Assembly: GCF_963676685.1 (NCBI RefSeq)
Contig: NC_092345.1
Location: 69,502,001 to 69,566,000 of the forward strand
Origin: Mytilus edulis
Taxonomy: Eukaryota
Reading direction: 5' to 3'
Length of the DNA stretch: 64,000 bases
The position numbers and the translations under genes are program-made. Shown here piece after piece: positions 12,020 through 26,678 of the stretch. The notes under the pieces are model-generated. The model had not been told where the DNA came from. It worked only from the letters and a program-made list of their open reading frames with translations, and ran no database searches. Position 1 is the stretch's first letter, and each line of letters opens with the position of its first letter.

Positions 12020-15000
12020 GGGCATATCCAACAGTTTCAGGGGAGGTAATAACAAACGTGTCGTCTATTGTTCCCCGTAATTTCACGGTGTTTCAACGAC
12101 GTCATAATGGCCGTCTGGAAAGGGCGGTTTCTTTCCTCAAAGGAAAGGGCACGGCGGGAATCGGCAAAAAACTCATTAAGGAATGACTGTAATATTTTTT
12201 CTGTCTATGAAGAAATAACATAAAAAATTTGGTGCACACTGAATAACGAGCGTAGCGGGTTATTTACAGTGTGCACCACATTTTTTATGTTATTTCGAAT
12301 AGACAGAAAAAATATTACAGTCATTTCTTATAATTTAATTATAAATTCCATTTTAAACCGTAGAAAACCATGAAAAAACGTTGATGACGTAACGGTCACA
12401 TGACTAAATTATGTCTTTGGGCTCATAACTGAATAACGTCAGCCAATCAGAAGACGCGTTACATCCAAAATTAAATTATTACAGAATATTAACAGAACTA
12501 GAACTTAAAACTTAAAAGAAATCTTTGTCCTTTTTGTCTATTATAAAGAAACTACAATTATCTTAATCATTACTAGAACATCCGTTTTATGAAAATTATT
12601 TTCAATACAGTAGAAAGGAAATGCGTAATGATTTATTATTGCATTAGAATGCAACACAAATTGTAATTAGTTCTTTACCAAACTTTTCCGAGAGATTGTC
12701 ATTCAGGATAAAAAAAAACCTCAAAGTTTGGTTTTACTTGAGAAAGATGAAAAAAAATGGTTTCTTGAGAAAAATAAAATACGGCGTAAAACTAACATTT
12801 ATCATGCATCTAGCTTTGCGTTAAAGTGCTAATATATTTACAGTAGCTCTTTAAATAAATACGGCCTTTAACCGGAAAACATTGTAAAACAAAAGATGAC
12901 ACAGTAATAAAAAAACATTGAACTAGGAAAACATTGTAATATATACACTGACATACAAGTGGAAAATATCTGACGATGTTGGTGTTTACTTATGTATGAG
13001 GGAATAAATATAATTTAACAAACAAAAAACCAGTGTAGGTCTTGACTAATTAGACACGCCCTCTTAAGTCAGCGGGTCCATAACAGGATTGGAAAAAAAA
13101 ACAGCCATCGAAATACCATAATTCGAAATTGGGGGGTGGGGGGCTAATAGCTTAAGTCAAGATTTTGATCATTATTCAACTTTATCTAGTACGGCATACA
13201 TTTTACCGCTAGTACACTCTTTATATCTTGATAATGTACATTTATCAATCATTTACTTCAGATCCATTCTCGCCTCGTCGTAAATATGCGTTAGATATTT
13301 GCCACTGGAGCACGGGAGCAATCAATTCATCAGTTTCATATAGTGATGCATAATCATTAGAGCTCAACTGATATGTGTCTCAAACAGTACTCCAGTTTTG
13401 GTATTTTATTTTTATTTTATATCTTATTTCTAAACGAAAATTTTAGAATTTCTTTCCGCATCTTTCTCTTTGAATTCATTTGTTTGAATAATCAATGTCT
13501 ACATCAGTGGTTACATTGTATGCAGCCAAACTATGTACAGTAGAGGGCAGTAGAACAGAAAACAATTTCCACTGTGTATATATGCAATAACTCATATATT
13601 GAAGCGTTATACCACGGCAGTCAGGCTCGTTTCTGTGGAAAAATTACCGTGTCAATTTCATTTACTTATATATTGTAAATATGTCATAAAATCAAAAACA
13701 CACGAAAAAAATGGCCACAATAACATTCAACATTTTTCGGCCGTTTCGTTTATTCTCCAAGTTAATGTCTTACTGAACTGTTTTGTTAATCAAAGTATTT
13801 TTTTCATCTACAACTGCAAAAGGCGCAACAGATGCGACTTATTTGAAGATTCATGTGACCTTTGTGGTTGTTTATAGATTTTATTCGAAGTTCGTATATC
13901 GCTTCAACCATTTATTTAGATGGTATTTTAACGTATAGATAGCGCGAAACTCTCCTTACTCTATGCGTCTGATATTACGACATTTTTATTTCGACTAAAC
14001 GAGGCTGCAAATTTATACATCTGAGATATATACTGTTGGACGGGAGCAGTCCAGAGATGATCAGAGATGTGGATATTTCTATACCCAATCAATCCTTTTT
14101 TTATGAAAAAGATTTTAAAGGTATACATTAATACGAAAGCAACCCAACGACACATATAATTCAAAACACTAAGAGTCAACATACAGATTTTTTTTATAGC
14201 TAGAAGCCTAGCTGTGAAGAAAGAAAAAAACAAAACTGCAACATGAATATATAATATAGAGTTGGAGAGATTTTATACAAGTGTTTGGTTGCAAAATTTC
14301 ACATGCTCTTTATTGATTTCGATATGTGAAATTATATAGACAGTGTAATATAAATCAGTGTAAGAAAAACACTAAATTCTTCTTTGTAAAGTAACGGTAA
14401 AATAAATAATGATTATGGATGACGGACGTCAAGTGGCATATAAAATGAATAATCAGAACAAAAACATCAAATGTAAATATAATATGAAAATTAACCCTGC
14501 TTTGTACTATAGACCGACACACAGAAACGGATTTCTAACGTGTAATTCGTTTGTTTTAAAAGAGGGATGAAATACCTTATACCAGAGACGGGGACTATTT
14601 TAATAGTTTGTAATTCCATGGTTTGCTAACCCGAATAATTCAATCCCTCCCCGTAATCTTAGATCAGCGGAATATAACGACTGAATTATTCGGATTAATT
14701 GTTTGCATGTTTCACAATTTTGACGAACACAATAGTAAAGCTAACTGAATTATTATCTCGTACAGATACTGGTCCATTATATATAAGAAGATGCGATATG
14801 AGTGCTATCGAGACAACTATCCAACAAAGTCACAGTCTGCAACACCGTCGCACTGCCTTTGAAAAATTAGCGGGGAAATATAACGTTACGTCCCGAAACG
14901 TCTTAATTTTTGGCGCAATTTGTGAGGCTTACGGAAGGGATAGAGTAAACAATATTATATTACTGGATTTTTCTCAAAAACGAGTATGGTCACAAATATT

Positions 15001-15466
15001 TTTCAAAATGTTATGACGTTCTATTTTTTTCAAAGAATAACATATCTTACTTTGGTCAAATCGACACCGTTAGAAATATTAAAAAAAATCTAAAATGTGC
15101 ATTTCAAATGTACATTTCTTGCCGTTTTTGGTTATAACCATGACGTTTTTGGCTTTATTTGAGTAAGAATTAATTCTTTAAATGGTAAAGTTAGATTTTT
15201 CTAACCATCTTGAACTATGTTGCTTCAATTTGAGCCCCATTATATAAGTATATGTTGATTAAAAAATCATATTTAATTTGTTTAAATAAAAAACGTTTGT
15301 TTCTTCAAAATTGCAAAAATGTCCAATTTTCAGCAGTATTTTTTGCAAAAACGAAATCGACAACAAATATTTTTTTTGGCAAAATTTTATTCTCTGTCAA
15401 TTGAAGAATGAAATATCTTTACGGGAAAAAATTCTCACCGTCAAAAATAAACTGTTGGATATGCCC
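12020..15466. mobile_element. Non-autonomous TTAA-specific TIR element (Kolobok-like)
   Basis: 18-bp TIR GGGCATATCCAACAGTTT, TTAA on both sides, and an empty site in the paralog at about 6930. Confidence 0.85.
12177..12331. mobile_element. Short palindromic MITE-like repeat (other copies at about 22348-22477 and 43428-43605)
   Basis: TAAGGAATGACTGTAATATTTTTTCTGTCTAT...ATAGACAGAAAAAATATTACAGTCATTTCTTA. Confidence 0.7.
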
Positions 15467-17102
15467 TTAAAACATCGTGTAATGAAGATAATCTTTCAAA
15501 ATAATTCTGATCTAGCTTTATAAGATAAAGAAAACAAGAATATATCTTTCTTAAAGAAATCAAGTTCAAAAGGAAATAAACAAAAAATTAAAGATAAATT
15601 ACAGCTCGAATATTATATTTTTTGGGAATAGGGTCATCAAGGCACAAATTACATCTCATTTAAAAAATGCCTTGGAAAAAAGTCTTAAAATTCAAAAGAA
15701 GGTTATGGACAACGTACTCGAAGGGGATGGTCTTAACTTTTTCAATTCTAATATCAAATTTGATGGTTACATGTATCAGTTTATGTACAGAAAAAAACCC
15801 CACAATTATTCATCGGAGTAAAATTGTTTTTTTTGTGAGACATTCTGATTCACGGTTATTAAGATTTTTTTCAGATGCAAAAGTAATCAAAAGAGAATAA
15901 TAAAAGGTGAAACAAATTTATAACAATATTTTTAATTAGAGCTGATCATATGAAAAGTTCGAAAAACTTTACACGAATTGCAGATTTTAAATTAAGTTAT
16001 ATTAAATATTAGGTTTTTAACTCATCAAATAACCTATATAATTACAAGTTTTTTTTAATATTTGATCTACACTGAAAATAAGAGCGATAATTGTCTTATT
16101 TGTTTTTAGTTTTCAGTTATAGCTCGACGAACAAAAACGTTATACAGAAATAAAACTAGGGGCTCTCAAAAGCCTGTGTCGGTCAACTGTATTTACTAAT
16201 GCGTTGAAAATCATGTAAAATAAGGTTTTAATCATAATTAATAGTAACAGATATTAGATATTATTAGAAACTATAATGATATCTAAGATGATAAGAAAAA
16301 ATACAAAATTGCTGTAAAATTACTAGCTGAGGAACAGCAACCCAACAAAGGGTTTTCGGATGCGTCTGAAAATATCAGGGCAGATAAATCTTAATCTGAT
16401 GAACATTGTTGTTTCCTGTCAGATTTACTATAAATGCCTTAGTTTCAGATATCCACCAAAAATGCATTTTAATCCTAAGTTCCATTTTTAGCCATGTAAG
16501 CCATGTTGGTTGGAAGGCGGAGTCATCGGACACATTTATTAAACTACATACCCTTATGATGATTATTGCCAAGTTTGGTTAAATTTGTCTCAGTAGTTTC
16601 AGAGAAGAAAATGTTTTGTTGAAGATTGCATAGATCAAAGAAAAAATGTAAAAAATTGACTATAAAGTGCAGTAACTCCTGAAGGGGTCGACTGACAATT
16701 TTGGTCATATTGACTTATTTATAGATCTTACTTTGCTGAACATTATTGCTGTTTACAGTTTATCTCTATACTATTTACCAGAATTGTTTGAACCGACGTG
16801 GTTAATTTTTACATGATTCGATTGGTCCCTTCCTCAAACATGATATTTCTATATATTTTCATTGCACATAAAATAAAGCTGGTATGGTATTATCAATCCA
16901 ACTTTGTGTTTATAACAAGGTATGATTGTGTCAAGGGGGGAAGTCAATGATAAGGGCCATTACAGAAAACAAGTTAAACATGTTGTATTTTATATAATAT
17001 ATAATGCTTTCATTATCCCCCTTTCATATTTTCTTGGTAAAACATTCAGTGACGAATTTGCCCAACGGCTCAATTTAAGCTACATCATTGCATATCGTAT
17101 AG

Positions 17103-18206
17103 TCAAATATCTGTGGGAATGTGGCATTTCTTTTTAAGTATCCAGTGTGTTAAATAGAATTTAATGCTTCTTTATATCCTGTGTTGAGTTTTTCACAAAC
17201 AGATCAACGAAGAGTTTGCAACATCTCCTGCTGTGAATACGAGCTTGAGAAGAACTGATCTTTTGCTTTCAAATAACTAGTGTACACACTTTCATAACTT
17301 CCCACATGTTTTAGATATAAAGCTAGTTCTTTAGGCGATGAAAAATCTAATGTGGAGATATAGGTACCTTTTGATAAAATGTTTCTTACATTCGGAGCTC
17401 CTCGGTACACTGGAATTAGGTCAAAACCGTCCTGATAGAACCTGTATGCCTTTTCAGTGACATAGTCATCACATAGAGAGTTTTCAAATGCCAAGTAAAA
17501 TTTATATACTTTACTTAAATCGTTGAAACAGGAGTCATCATTCCAAGGAGAAGAACACTTTTTACCGCATCCTCCAAACACGTCAACATCTATAGTTTTA
17601 TCCATCTTTTTAATATATGTGTACCTCTTTGATACAGCATTACAATTACTTACTACCCAAGCAACATTTTTCATCTTTTGAAGGAAAATTTGTGTGTAGT
17701 TTTTCTGTATTTTTGTTCTTGCCAGTAGTCCGTACGGAAAATATATATCAGCATCTGATCTATAGCTGAGTACCCAATCAAATTTATTGTCCCATTCTTT
17801 TTTTTATAAAGTTTTTGTTTGTATATGCTTTAGATTCAACAGAAATGAATACCCATTTCTGACTGAATGGCTTTTTTGGAACCTTACCATTAATGCTATT
17901 ATGATAAAATAATACAGCATCGCTTTTACTAAGTGAAGTTTCATTCGATGCTACACCAATCTTGCAATTCCAGAACTTACACTTCCTAAATTTGTATTTG
18001 AGCAGAACTGTTGGTATCACGTGAGGTCGTTTATTTTCTTGTATACATTTTTATCTGTAATTCCTACTGCCTTTATTTTTATCCACTGTAACGGAAAGAT
18101 ATTATCGAAATAACAATTGACGAATAGAATGCCAGTGCCAATTGACATCAATGTAAAAAGTCCATAATACATAATTGTGGTCTGAGAAAAGCGTATCTTG
18201 TTAGTC
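17103..18206 (-). pseudogene. Alpha-1,3/4-fucosyltransferase (GT10), disrupted
   Basis: Signal anchor (MYYGLFTLMSIGTGILFVNCYF), FDWVLSYRSDADIYFPYG, VAWVVSNC, and the alpha-1,3-FucT motif YKFYLAFENSLCDDYVTEK. Stops or frameshifts lie near 18018, 17800, 17205 and 17170. Confidence 0.85.
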
Positions 18207-19374
18207 CTGAAATATAATATATGTGCTATGTATCAAATATTAGTTATACAAGAATTTCAAAAAAATACAGTAGATCGACTTTCTCGACCAAAGACCTTTA
18301 ATGCCAATGTAACATTAACGTCAAGTATAAAATGTTCAAAATATTTATGAGGGTCTGGATGTTATTTTTTGAAGTATAAGGAATAAGAAATCAATATTAC
18401 GGAAATTGGGCTCAAAAGTAAAAACAGAGAAAAAAATAATTTTAAGTTAAAACATAAAGAAAAAAATAGAGCAGTTGGCAAAAAGTAAATAGTTTAGAGA
18501 GCAAATGTACAAAAAAAGTAATAAAAAAAAATATGAAATATTGTCTAAATACCAAAAATACAGAAATGAAGACGAAACATCGAGACCCTTACAAACTGGA
18601 CTGTTTTGATAAAAATGAAAAGAACTTCTGGCCTTTTTTTTGAAGCAGAATTTAAATCATGAACATTTTCAAAAACATAGATACAGAAAAATAACTAGAT
18701 ATTAAAAAAAAAATACACAAATGAAGGATGCATCCCTACAAAAGCGACTCTCATATACAGTCGTCAGATTGGGACATGTATCTGAAATGTATTTTGCAAT
18801 CTTTCTAATGTTTTGTCTATTGTCCGCAAATTATAAAAGATAGACACAAACTTTGAATAACTAAAAAAAAAAAAAAAAAATATTTAACATTGTTGAAATC
18901 TTCAGTCGACTCTTTATCAGAGTCATTACCCTATACTGACGAGTTTATCCATTTTTTGTTGCCCTTTAGGTTGTATTTTGTAAATACAGCTGTTTCACAA
19001 ACCATGCCTCTGAGCTGTTTTGCATTGGTAAGCGCATCGGACTACAAACACAAAGTTTCCTGGTTCGATCAGGGACTGAATTTTCGGCTGTCCTTTTACA
19101 CTATTTGTGAGTATGGATCTTGAGATCGATGATTGTCCGTCGGAAAGGAACAATAAATGGCTGACCATTGTTAAGAAAGAGAGCAATATCTCTTGCACGT
19201 AAAAAATCTTTTTGATTTTGAAAAAGAGCAGGCTAATGTCACTACAAGGCAGCACTAGCACCGGCAAAGAGGAAAAGGATTTATATTGTAATAACTTGTT
19301 TTTCTAATCCACTATAGATAATCATATTTAAACAAATAAGCTCATTATAGATACCAGGAATGAAATTTTATATT

Positions 19375-19420
19375 TACGCCAGACGCGCGTTTCGTGTACA
19401 TAAGACTCATCAGTGACGCT
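19375..19420 (-). ncRNA. Hammerhead motif of a second repeat family (more degenerate copies near 9885-9928, 24213-24257, 25720-25760, 53333-53361)
   Basis: GCGUCA-CUGAUGA-GUCU...ACAC-GAA-ACGCGCGU-C-UGGCGU; one mismatch in stem II. Confidence 0.65.
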
Positions 19421-20183
19421 CATATTAAAATATTTATAAAGCCAAAAAAGTACAAAGTTGAAGAGCATTGAGGATCCAAAATTCCAAAAAGTTGTGCCAG
19501 ATACGGCTAAGGTAAAAACCATGCCTCTTTGGGTTTCATCTCATAAAGACAATAGTTGGGAACGTTACAATATAAATGCAAATGTTAGGCGGTGGAATTG
19601 ATTTCTGAGAAATACCTAAAGGGAAGTAAGGGGCATTGCAAAATTTTAGTATAACTTCTTAAAACTTGGGTCATATAAATATTAAAGGTATGCCGCGCAG
19701 CATTATGTTAAGACCTTTGAATATAAAGTTGTCCAAACCAACTCCCCATTTTAGGATATATTTTTTTACAAGTTCATAGTGAAAGTGGCAAAAATTAGGC
19801 CGTAAAAGGAGTTTCTAGGGAACATTGAATTGTCTATATTTACAGAAGAAAGTAAAATCTCAAAAATACTGAACTCCGTGGAAAATCAAAACGGAAAGTC
19901 CCTAATCAAATGGCAAAATTAAATGACAAAACAAATCAAACGAATGGACAATAACTGTCATATTCCTGACTTCGTACAGGCATTTTTTCAAATGAAGAAA
20001 ATGGTTGATTGAACCTGGTTTTGTAGCGTTAAACCTCTCAACAAGATTTACAAATAAGTCGAAGGTGCCCGAAATATTCAGTCAACTCTTTATTGAAGTT
20101 ATTGCCCCCATTTTTTTTATATATATATATGACAATTTCTATCATTTGCAATTTTTGCCTATTATTTTCAAAACGATAATATA

Positions 20184-21458
20184 CACATGGAAAAAAGTAT
20201 TGCAACACCAAATTGAAATTGAAATTAAAAAAACCCTCTTTATTTTTTTGTAATATAATTTGATAAAATAGAACTAGTATAACATTATTTAAATATCACC
20301 TGAGTTTAATCAATAAATATCGACTCGATAAGTTTTGATCTGCAAATGCAGCTACTGTACCCGTAAACAGCAAAACAGATGTGTTTATCCTCATTGTTTT
20401 CAACACTTTAAATAACAAAGATTTGAAGTTATGTGATTAACACCTTGTAATGGGTCCTTGACAACTCTTAACTGCAGCAAGATGGTAGATTATCAGCATA
20501 AGAGGAGCAGGGATGTTGCTGTAACAACTGCACGTATTGTTGGTCATCACCATTCCGCTATAAGTCGTTTTGAGAATAAAAATCAGAAAATAAACACTGT
20601 TAAAGACCTTCCGAGATAATAAAGACCCCCTATACCATTTGCTAGAGAAAATCAAGCATAATGAAGGTTGGTCAGAAGGAAACCCATTGCATACAAGACA
20701 ATCCTTAAAAGAGAGTGGTGGCCATACAGGAGCCTTTTAACAAGAACTGTTCGAGATCAACTCATCGCTACTGGTTGTCGTGCGATAAGACCATTTCGGA
20801 GACCTTTACTGACGAACAGACACACAGTTTTCCGTATCCAATGCTCGCCAAAGTTGGAAATTAGCATCGTGGAGGTAGATCCAATGTTCAAATGAATTTG
20901 GTTCAACTTCCTTGGCCCGATCGTAGCCTGGCTTTGAACCATATCGAGCATATATGGCACACTATTGGCGGAAAGTGCGCGAAAGGACACCCAGTTCAAA
21001 CACATCATGAAATAAACATCCAAAATGGTTGCTGCTACATTAGAAACAAATTAGGCGATTTATGACTCATTTATGGCAGGAAGCAGAAGACGTTAAGATG
21101 CGGTTATCCGTTTGAATGGAGGCTGCACACAAAGTACTAATTCTTTGGCGTATAACGATCAACCATAATGTGAACAGTAATATGAAGATTAATTTTGAAA
21201 TGTCTGACATTGAAAAGTTCGACCACAGTAAAAGTTGTAAAATGCATTTTTTGTACAAAAAACACTTCATTTTGTTATTAAAATTGTGGTTCTAAAATCA
21301 TATTTTTTTTAAATTTTTTGTTCGTTTCGATGCCAATGTTATCATAAACTATGTTTCAATATTATTATACACACATTTTATTATATTTCATCCATAAAAA
21401 GAGGCTGATTTTTTCAAGTTTTTAAAAATCAAGGTGTTGCAATACTTTTTTCCATGTG
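20184..21458 (+). mobile_element. Decayed Tc1/mariner DNA transposon
   Basis: TA-flanked TIRs CACATGGAAAAAAGTATTGCAACACC; internal remnant LPWPDRSLALNHIEHIW resembles the Tc1 WPxxSPDLNPIE motif. Confidence 0.88.
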
Positions 21459-21853
21459 TATAGATAAATAGGCACTTCAAAAAGGAAAAATACCAGCAAG
21501 ATACGAATTACTAATATGTCAACATGACTGACTTATGAGTCAACTCTTAATTAAGTAATTCCCATATAATGTTGATTTTATTTAAAAGACGTCTATGTTG
21601 AGGATGCAGGTGAGCGACACAGGCTATTAAGCTCTATTTCATTCTATGAATTTTATTAGAAAATGAAATATATGAATAATTTCCTTAGAAAAATGAAAGC
21701 CAGACATAATCCAACATTTCTTGACTCTTTTTTCTCTGGAATTAGTCATGGTTCTAAATTTTTTATCTAAATTTTTAAATGGACCAGCTCAAATAGGAAA
21801 GAAAGACCGGGGCACATTGCCACTCATGCAACTAGTTGGTAACGTTTGATTGT

Positions 21854-22285
21854 GTCAGTTTTCATGGACTTCCCCTTCATTGAGTTTCCTTTGGAGCTCG
21901 ATACATGGACTTCCCCTTCATTGAGTTTACTTTGTCAGTGTTCATGGACTTCCCCTTCATTGAGTTTACTTTGTCAGTGTTCATGGACTTTCCCTTCATT
22001 GAGTTTACTTTGTCAGTGTTCATGGACTTCCCCTTCATTGAGTTTACTTTGTCAGTGTTCATGGACTTCCCCTTCATTGAGTTTACTTTGTCAGTGTTCA
22101 TGGACTTCCCCTTCATTGAGTTTACTTTGTCAGTGTTCATGGACTTCCCCTTCGTCGAGTTTACTTTGTCAGTGCTCATGGACTTCCCCTTCATTGAGTT
22201 TACTTTGTCAGTGTTCATGGACTTCCCCTTCATTGAGTTCACTTTGTCAGTGTTCATGGACTTACCCTTCATTGAGTTTACTTTG
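21854..22285. repeat. 39-bp minisatellite, about 10 copies
   Basis: Unit GTCAGTGTTCATGGACTTCCCCTTCATTGAGTTTACTTT; accounts for three overlapping 13-aa-periodic ORFs. Confidence 0.95.
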
Positions 22286-23169
22286 GAGCTTGATATTTTT
22301 GTTACATTTTTTACTACTGAACGAAATTTACTTTTACATAAATTATTTAAGAAATGACTGTAATATTTTTTCTGTCTATGAAGAAATAACATAAAAAAGG
22401 TGGTTCGCGTTATTCAGTGTGCACCAAATTTTTTATGTTATTTCTTCATAGACAGAAAAAATATTAGTCTTTCCTTAAATAAAAAAAAACGGTGATTACC
22501 ATACTGCTTTTTGTCTCGCTTTGACGGAGTAAATGCACATAGATATGATGTTTCCGGTGTCGGCGTCAACAATGTATTACATGTAGTTTGTGGTTAGGTC
22601 TAGTTTATGGTGAAGCACAAGTGGCAGGTCAATGATATTTTGTATGCAATTGTATAACCATTGGTTTAACTCATTTCCAGGGAGATTGATTTGCCCTGAC
22701 CCCTCAGTCACGATCTATTGACTGAAACTTTTGCTTAGTTTACATGTATTACCAGTAGATTGTGATTAGGTCAGTTAAAAAAAAATTGAAAACAACACGT
22801 TTAAAAATTTCTTGCGTCCGAAGCGCTTTTCAAGGTGGACCATTAGTGGTAGGCCAATGTTAATTGGTATTCAGTTGTATAAGTATAATCACATCTTATT
22901 TCCATGGAGATTATTGGCCCCGCTTCCTCAATCATGGTCTATTGACTTTGAAACATTTGCTTAGTTTAAATGTATTAGTTTGTATGATTAGATCAGTTGA
23001 AATCATTTCTTTCTTATAAACATGAAATTCAGGGCAACCGATGAAAATCATTCATTTCATAGTGAATACACACACTTTTAAAACCCCCTTATTGATGAGG
23101 CACACATATTTTGTAAAGTAGCAGTTTCATCAGAGGAGAGATCTTAAATTTTGATTACCTACTACAAAC

Positions 23170-24180
23170 TTGACAATATCCTCATGCTCTTTATCTTTGC
23201 AGTAATATAAAAAAAAATCGACAACATACTTGTTGAGTTTGTTATATTGATATAGACACGCGGGCGGTATTCCAATAGATACATATTGTACATCCCTACG
23301 GGTAGAATTGTTTTGTATTCATATGGAGCAGAATTCACACAGAACCTTGAACAAGACAAAAAATGTAGCACCTTTTCATTTTTATTTAGCAACATTCCAT
23401 CTGCGCCTGCATACGGAGTATATATTTCCTGGTTGATACGATACTCCAGGGCATGTATTTCCAATCATGATTTCGTTGATAGGGGTTGCTGGACACAGCG
23501 AAGCTATTAAACCAAAAGTTCTAAGTGATAAAATTGAAATAATTTCTTCGTGATTTTACGGACGCCACCACGAGATGGTTGAACCATTACGGAATATTTG
23601 TTTTAAAATGATAGCATATATGTTGCCAATGTCGGAACTACAATCCCGTTCCTTTTTCCGAACTTTCCCTACCGAGTAAGACTTAGTACAGGGTGTGTAC
23701 TAACATGAGCAACACGACAGGTGGCACATGTGGAGTATGATCTGCTTACCCTTCCGGAGCACCAACAAATGAAGTTTTAACGATCTTGACGGGCTATACA
23801 GCCCTTTCACGGTTGGTCCAGAACGCCTGAGATCACTTTCAGCTTTTGTAGGTTAGTTTTGTCTTAAGTTTTCTATGTTGTGTTTTGTGAACTATTGTTT
23901 GTCTGTTGGTCATATCCTTTTTTTAGCCAAGGCGTTGTCAGTTTTTTTCGACTTATGAGTTGGAATGTCCCTTTGTTGTCTTTCGCCACTCTTTTTCAAC
24001 TCTCAAACTTCAGTTTTAGATATATAGATGATGCGTTGGTACTCAATGACCCACATATCAGAATTTTCAAGTATGCTTGAGATTAAGGATATTACCATTA
24101 CTAGAAGTTATACTTACGAGCGTGATCCTAACCTGGATATTGAAACCGATGGATGATTTTAGACCAGAAACTATGATAAT
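23170..24180 (+). mobile_element. Degenerate fragments of the same Penelope-like RT family
   Basis: SNIPSAPAYGVYISWLIRYSRAC and NFSFRYIDD; 3' part similar to 46050-46570. Confidence 0.65.
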
Positions 24181-26443
24181 AGTTATCAAAGGTACCTTGA
24201 TTAAAATTTAATACGCCAGACGCGCGTTTCGTCTACATAAGAATAATCAGTGACGCTCAGATCAAAATAGTTATAAAGCCAACCAAGTACAAAGTTGAAG
24301 AGCACGGATACCAAATATTCCAAAGAGTTGTGCCAAATACGGCTAAGTAATTTATGCCAGGGATAGTTTTTCGAAAAATTTAAAGTTTTGTAATAGGAAA
24401 TTCATAAAAATTACCACCAGAGTGCTGACTATGTTAAAGGTACGTAATGATATCAACTTTGAAATTATCAACTTCCAAATCATTACCAGTACCAAATTAT
24501 CTGCGCCTTCTGGCATTTACGTAGAAACGTGCATGTTCATACTGCATGGTGTTCAATAACAGGGTTGTACTCTATACACAAAAACTGATCGAACAGATCC
24601 AAAGGTCCTAAAGGTATGGGAGGAAGTAGCATACCGGTGTTTAAAAGTCATAAAACGAATGAGTAAAAACAAACCAGTGTTACAAACCAAAAACCATGTC
24701 AACTATAAGAAAGACAAAGGAACAACCGAACACTGAAGTGCAACAAAAAAACAAACAAACGCCAAAGTCACAAATAGACATAGAAACAAAATAACTACTA
24801 TATTGCTGATTTTGTAAAGGATATTTTAGAAAAAAATGGTGGGTTAAACCTGGTTTCATGGCATGTCAAACCTCCCGCTTTATGACAATTGAAAAAAACA
24901 ATGCCACACGAAGAGCGATTGAAATCGATAATTCATATTTTTTTTCAGTCAGCATCACGAATTATTAGAAGAAACATTAATCATTTTTTATCTCGTAATT
25001 ACGAGATGATTATCGCGTAATTACAAGTTAAGATTAGTTTTCTCGTAATTAAATATTTTGTTTTACCCGAAACGAATAGGCGTTCGTAGTGTAATTTATT
25101 AATACGATTCTGAATTTTATATAAGAAAAGTAATGAGATGGTGAATTCGATCTAACAATTAAACCTGGGGCATAATAGTTTAAAGATTAGAAAATTCAAA
25201 TGTCTTAACGTTGCTGCAAAATTGCAGACCTTAAGAAAAAATTTGAGAATCCATATCTAATTGACACCACTGGTTGAATATATCTCATCACAAAATTTTT
25301 GAAGCTAGAAATAGTAGTAAGCACTTAAAAAGATGTGTAGTCGAAAATCGATGATCTAGCTATATATTATTCTTTATACAGAGTGTTGTTAAGTTGTGGT
25401 ATTCAGTATAATAGACGTAGATTTCTTTATCTTCTTTAATGTTATTACCAATGGAAAGAAGGGCAGATTTGTGATTTTGTAAATTATCATACTTTCTGAA
25501 TGATGTTTAAGAATATACAATTACCAGCTGTGCTATTTATTGCAAGGTCTTTTGTGAGACATTGCAAATAATGTTTTTTAATGTACGAGGACACAATTAT
25601 TGGAGACTTTATCTGCTGGAACAACAACACACTTGCCATGCAAAGAGAATCGAGCATCAACACCCCACGGGTTCTTGGATGGGTGAGAAACTAAACCAGT
25701 TATAGATACCATGATTGAAAGACACGCGTTTCGTGTAAAAAAAGGCTCATCAGTGACCCTCGAATAAAAAAAAAGCCAAATCAAGTTCGAAGTTGAAGAG
25801 TATATAAACCCGTATACTTCAGTTTAAATCACATCTAACCAATCTTTATTGCTATCCGTAGGCAGAAAACCTGTTAAAGTATTTGATTTTACGAGACCCG
25901 AGATAAAACTTTTGATCTCCAACTCAATTCAAACATTCTACTACGAGAGCACTGACCTCTTCAACACAGATAAGCATTTAATATTTTGTTCATGTGCTCC
26001 ATTCTGATCATATTTTTCCTATGATAATAAAACACCGAACAAATTGATGATCTCTTTAGTGGATTTAAAAGAGTCTAGTCCAACGATAAAATAATTTGAC
26101 GCATGTACATGTTTAGACAAATCTGCAAACATACTTCCTATTCTTAAATTAATAGTCGATTTAAACTTGATATTAATAAACAAAACCTTTTAAACATACA
26201 CAAATGCAATATGCATGAATAACTTTCAATGGAAGAAAGCTTATTTATGTTTATTGAATTCTATTCTTATATCGAATAATTAAATCAGAAATTTCCAGTA
26301 CTAAGAAAACGAAACAATTTCAAAAAATGATCCTGACACCCACACTCATTTTAATATTTAAAAAGGCAAAAAGGGCTAACAAGTGTTTTATCCGAACATA
26401 ATTTTTGTACATTTTTAATTGTATCTATCACTTTATCATTAAG

Positions 26444-26678
26444 ATGTCTGAGGACGAAACAAAAAACCCTTTAATTGTTGGAATAGATAATTTCTTTCAA
26501 TTTCCTTTGCGTGTCCGAATGACAACAGCAATAATTCCAGTAGGACTTATTTTCCTCATCGGTGGATTGGGTAGTCCGTCGTGGTCAAGGTCAGAATTGT
26601 CTCAACTTGGACTGTGGAAATATTGTGTATTTTCTGACATATTTACTTGCTGTGATAATTTACCGGGCGGGTCACCAG
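26444..26678 (+). CDS. Exon 1 of claudin-PARP gene: TM1 and first extracellular loop
   Basis: ATG at 26444, MSEDET...PSWSRSELSQLGLWKYCVFSDIFTCCDNLPGGSP, donor CCAG|GTAAGG. Confidence 0.85.

Noticed and set aside
21846-22394. ORFs of 150-182 aa, and a CRISPR-like appearance
   Set aside because: Head-to-tail 39-bp repeat with no unique spacers; the ORFs are by-products.
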